Assembly (NCBI GenBank): GCA_965202855.1
Contig: CBDBBP010000004.1
Span: forward strand, 1,107,213 to 1,171,212
Length of the DNA: 64,000 nt
From: Arenicellales bacterium
GTDB lineage: Bacteria; Pseudomonadota; Gammaproteobacteria; Arenicellales; JAJDZL01
Reading direction: 5' to 3'
Numbering within the stretch: the first letter of the stretch is position 1; every line of letters begins with the position of its first letter. The position numbers and the translations under genes are program-made. Below the pieces are notes generated by a model. That model ran no database searches and was not told where the DNA came from. It saw only the letters and a program-made list of their open reading frames with translations. Below, in pieces: positions 61,292 to 64,000 of the stretch.

Positions 61292-62260
61292 TTACTTACA
61301 ACCTTCGATGTGCTTCGGCACTACTTCGTAACCGGGCGCCTCTTCCTCATCATCGGCTAATTCCGCGGGAAAACCATCGGCCAGAATGGAAGTATTACAT
61401 TTTTCTTCTAATATCTTTATGATGTTGGGTGACCATTCCCGCGCTCCGAATCGAGATTTTCCTTCTTCAAAGATTTCGATCAGAATTGGGTTAATCTCCA
61501 ATGGGACGTTTGCACGGTCTGCAACGTCTTGAAACAAAGAGATATCCTTGATCACCAGCTCCATTGTAAAGTTAATGTTTCGACTGCCGTTGAGAATGAC
61601 CTGACTTTCCGTTTCGTGGACAAAAGAGTTCCCTGAGGAGATCCGTATTGCTTCATAGGTTGTGTTTAAATCGAGTCCGGCTTCTTTTGAAGTGACAAGA
61701 GCCTCGCACAACGTCACCAGATTTGCGGTAGCCAAATAATTGGTGAGTACCTTTAGCACCGAAGCGCTGCCGAGCGGACCCGTATGCAGAATTCGTCGTC
61801 CCATAGCCTGAAGTACAGGGAACACTCTCTCAAAAGTACTTCGTTCACATCCCGCGAAAATTGAAATGTTTCCTGTTGCTGCACGGTGACATCCGCCTGA
61901 AACCGGGCAGTCAACCGGTTCCCCGCCTATTTCTAATACCTTTTCACCCATTCGCCTGACTTCGGATTCATCCGTAGTGCTCATTTCAGCCCATATATTG
62001 CCTGCACTCAATCCGGCTAAAACGCCATCTGACGCTTCCATCACTTCTCGACAAGCTGCCGGACTAGGCAGGCACGTGATCACCAGATCAGCCTTTTCAG
62101 CCAGTTCCTTCGGCGAATCAGCCCAAGCAGCGCCATTGTCGATAAAGGGCCTGGCAGTCGTTCTGGCCAGATCCCGCACTATGAGATCAAATCCTCGTCT
62201 TTGAAGACTGCCTGCAAGTTTACCGCCTACATTCCCCAATCCTATGAATCCAATTCTCAT
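61292..62260 (-). CDS. NAD(P)-dependent oxidoreductase, beta-hydroxyacid dehydrogenase family
   Basis: Rossmann N-terminus MRIGFIGLGNVGGKLA and 6-phosphogluconate-dehydrogenase-like layout. 322 aa. Confidence 0.8.
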   Translation of the reverse strand: MRIGFIGLGNVGGKLAGSLQRRGFDLIVRDLARTTARPFIDNGAAWADSPKELAEKADLVITCLPSPAACREVMEASDGVLAGLSAGNIWAEMSTTDESEVRRMGEKVLEIGGEPVDCPVSGGCHRAATGNISIFAGCERSTFERVFPVLQAMGRRILHTGPLGSASVLKVLTNYLATANLVTLCEALVTSKEAGLDLNTTYEAIRISSGNSFVHETESQVILNGSRNINFTMELVIKDISLFQDVADRANVPLEINPILIEIFEEGKSRFGAREWSPNIIKILEEKCNTSILADGFPAELADDEEEAPGYEVVPKHIEGCK

Positions 62261-62299
62261 GGAACAGCCCTTCCTAAAATAAATTCTGCGTATGATTTT

Positions 62300-63082
62300 T
62301 TACTGTTCCATGCTCCGTACGAGCAGGTCAGCCTTGTCGGAAAACATCCACCGCGTGCCGGAACGAATTTCCCTTGCCAATAAATTGACTGAGTTGACAA
62401 AACCCGTCCCCCACGGAATATTTTGCTCCGCCAGTTCACTGCGAATTTTGCGATTCAGCAATAAAAAATGACCAGTGAATCCACCAAATCCACCTTTTTT
62501 GAACTCTGCGTACATTGAATTTGTATTTGTCGTTGCAATTAACAGCTTCGCTTCTTCAGGCCATCCGAGTACCGAGCGCAATGATTCTGCATTCAACGAC
62601 ATCAGATGGTAATCTTCAACACTTTCCAAACTCGACAGACAAGCTTTGAGCACATTCGCCGCATTGGAATTCATCGTTTCAGCCTTCAGCTCGATCATCA
62701 GGTGGATTCTGCCGCCATATGCGTTTACGACTTCATCCAGTCGAGGAACTAAAGGACAAAACCGTCTCAATTCCGAAAATTCGATTTGCTTGACTTCAAC
62801 TGGCGAGGCACCTGGAAGCCGACCAGTATCCGGATCGTGAATGACAACCGGAATTCCGTCGCGAGTCCACTGTACATCAAGTTCAATGCCCCAGCAGTTC
62901 AGGTCACAAGCGGCATCAAACGCAGCCATGGTATTTTCATGAATCGTTTGTCCCGAATCATGGCATCCTCGATGCGCGATCAATCGACAAGACTGCCATT
63001 CGTCCGAGCTGATTCTCGGGCGCGGAATCCACTGAAACAAGATATTAACTGTTTTTTCCGCAATGTTGGTAACTGAGCTCAT
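62300..63082 (-). CDS. glycerophosphodiester phosphodiesterase family protein
   Basis: IAHRGC...HENT...GIELDVQWTRDGIPVVIHD is the GDPD catalytic signature. Confidence 0.82.
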   Translation of the reverse strand: MSSVTNIAEKTVNILFQWIPRPRISSDEWQSCRLIAHRGCHDSGQTIHENTMAAFDAACDLNCWGIELDVQWTRDGIPVVIHDPDTGRLPGASPVEVKQIEFSELRRFCPLVPRLDEVVNAYGGRIHLMIELKAETMNSNAANVLKACLSSLESVEDYHLMSLNAESLRSVLGWPEEAKLLIATTNTNSMYAEFKKGGFGGFTGHFLLLNRKIRSELAEQNIPWGTGFVNSVNLLAREIRSGTRWMFSDKADLLVRSMEQ

Positions 63083-63166
63083 CTCTCTGCCATTTATAGT
63101 TGCTAAAAATTATCTACAGGCGCTGTCGTCGTCAAGAGTTATCGGTATATCCGCGTAATAAATCAA

Positions 63167-64000
63167 TCAATCTTTGGCAGTAAGAATTGAAACCAATTCG
63201 TTCAGCACCTGGTCCATTTGATGCTCAGCGATAACCAATGGCGGTAAAAGTCGAATCACAGTAGATCCTGCAGGCAATGCCAGAATTCGTCTTTCCTGAA
63301 GCTGCTTCAGATAGGGTGTCGATCTCACTCTCAGCTCAATTCCAATCATCAGGCCCAGCTGCCGAATGTCTCGAATCAAGGGGATCTCGTACTGCTTCAG
63401 CTGTTGCACAAAAGAACTTCCTAGTTCAGCTGCCCGCTTGGCCAGTTTTTCTCTCTGCATATATTCGATCGTAGCCACGGACGCAGCACAGGCTAGTGGG
63501 TTTCCTCCAAAAGTACTGCCATGAGAGCCGATCTTGGACCGAATTTTTTCGTTTACGACAGTCGCACCCATCGGAAATCCGCCGGCCATCGCTTTCGCGA
63601 GGCACAAAATATCGGGAGCAACGCCATATTGCTCACAGGCAAACATCGTGCCAGTTCGACAAAATCCAGTTTGAATTTCGTCTATCACCAGCAATACACC
63701 GCGTTCATGACACATTTTCGCAGCCTCCGATACAAATTCCTGACGCGCCGGACGAACTCCGCCTTCCCCCTGTACAAGTTCTAATATCAGTGCCGCAGTG
63801 TCGTCATCCAACACTTTGTCGAGTGATTTGATCTTGTTGAAAGAAAAACCTTTAAATCCGGGCACTAGAGGCTGAAATGGTTCTTGATATGACTTTCGAT
63901 GTGTTGCGCTGAGCGCTCCGAACGTACGGCCATGAAAACCAAGGTAAGCGCTTGCGATCTCATGACGTCCCGTCGACTGTCGCGCCAGTTTAATGGCCGC
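63167..64000 (-). CDS. class-III pyridoxal-phosphate aminotransferase (acetylornithine/ornithine aminotransferase-like), N-terminus beyond window
   Basis: The frame stays open to the window edge ([33 protein letters not shown]...). Motifs [11 protein letters not shown] and the PLP-lysine context [12 protein letters not shown] are present. Confidence 0.85.
   Translation of the reverse strand, partial: AAIKLARQSTGRHEIASAYLGFHGRTFGALSATHRKSYQEPFQPLVPGFKGFSFNKIKSLDKVLDDDTAALILELVQGEGGVRPARQEFVSEAAKMCHERGVLLVIDEIQTGFCRTGTMFACEQYGVAPDILCLAKAMAGGFPMGATVVNEKIRSKIGSHGSTFGGNPLACAASVATIEYMQREKLAKRAAELGSSFVQQLKQYEIPLIRDIRQLGLMIGIELRVRSTPYLKQLQERRILALPAGSTVIRLLPPLVIAEHQMDQVLNELVSILTAKD

Overview
This is a 64-kb AT-leaning chromosomal segment that looks gammaproteobacterial. 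All calls rest on motifs and my recalled homologies; no database search was run. Most of it is housekeeping. It holds an aa3-type cytochrome c oxidase cluster (coxB', coxA, ctaG, coxC, SURF1, cyoE), then purB, a pseudouridine synthase, pyrD and argC. Next come a polyamine-type ABC importer, tadA, parE-parC, a phosphomannomutase, sucA-sucB-lpd, pyruvate carboxylase and a small amino-acid/lipid-related cluster at the right edge. Two accessory regions stand out. (1) 45.5-56.0 kb is a complete type II-B CRISPR-Cas locus. It has a 1647-aa Francisella-like Cas9, cas1, cas2, cas4, a 46-repeat/45-spacer array, and a tracrRNA that I could locate from the sequence with its own promoter and terminator. 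The locus has an unusual polarity and a scaRNA-like degenerate repeat unit at the array edge. (2) 16.1-27.2 kb is a mosaic, decayed island region. It has two tRNA-Ser genes plus a truncated third, two transposase fragments, a class II Fic protein with a palindromic operator, an orphan formyl-CoA transferase, a strongly GC-rich SulP transporter block, and inverted divergent CobS-like paralogs. There is also a decayed dcm next to an intact vsr. The Cas9 family itself is already known (FnCas9-like), so the possibly new aspects are in the locus architecture and RNA components, not in a new protein family.
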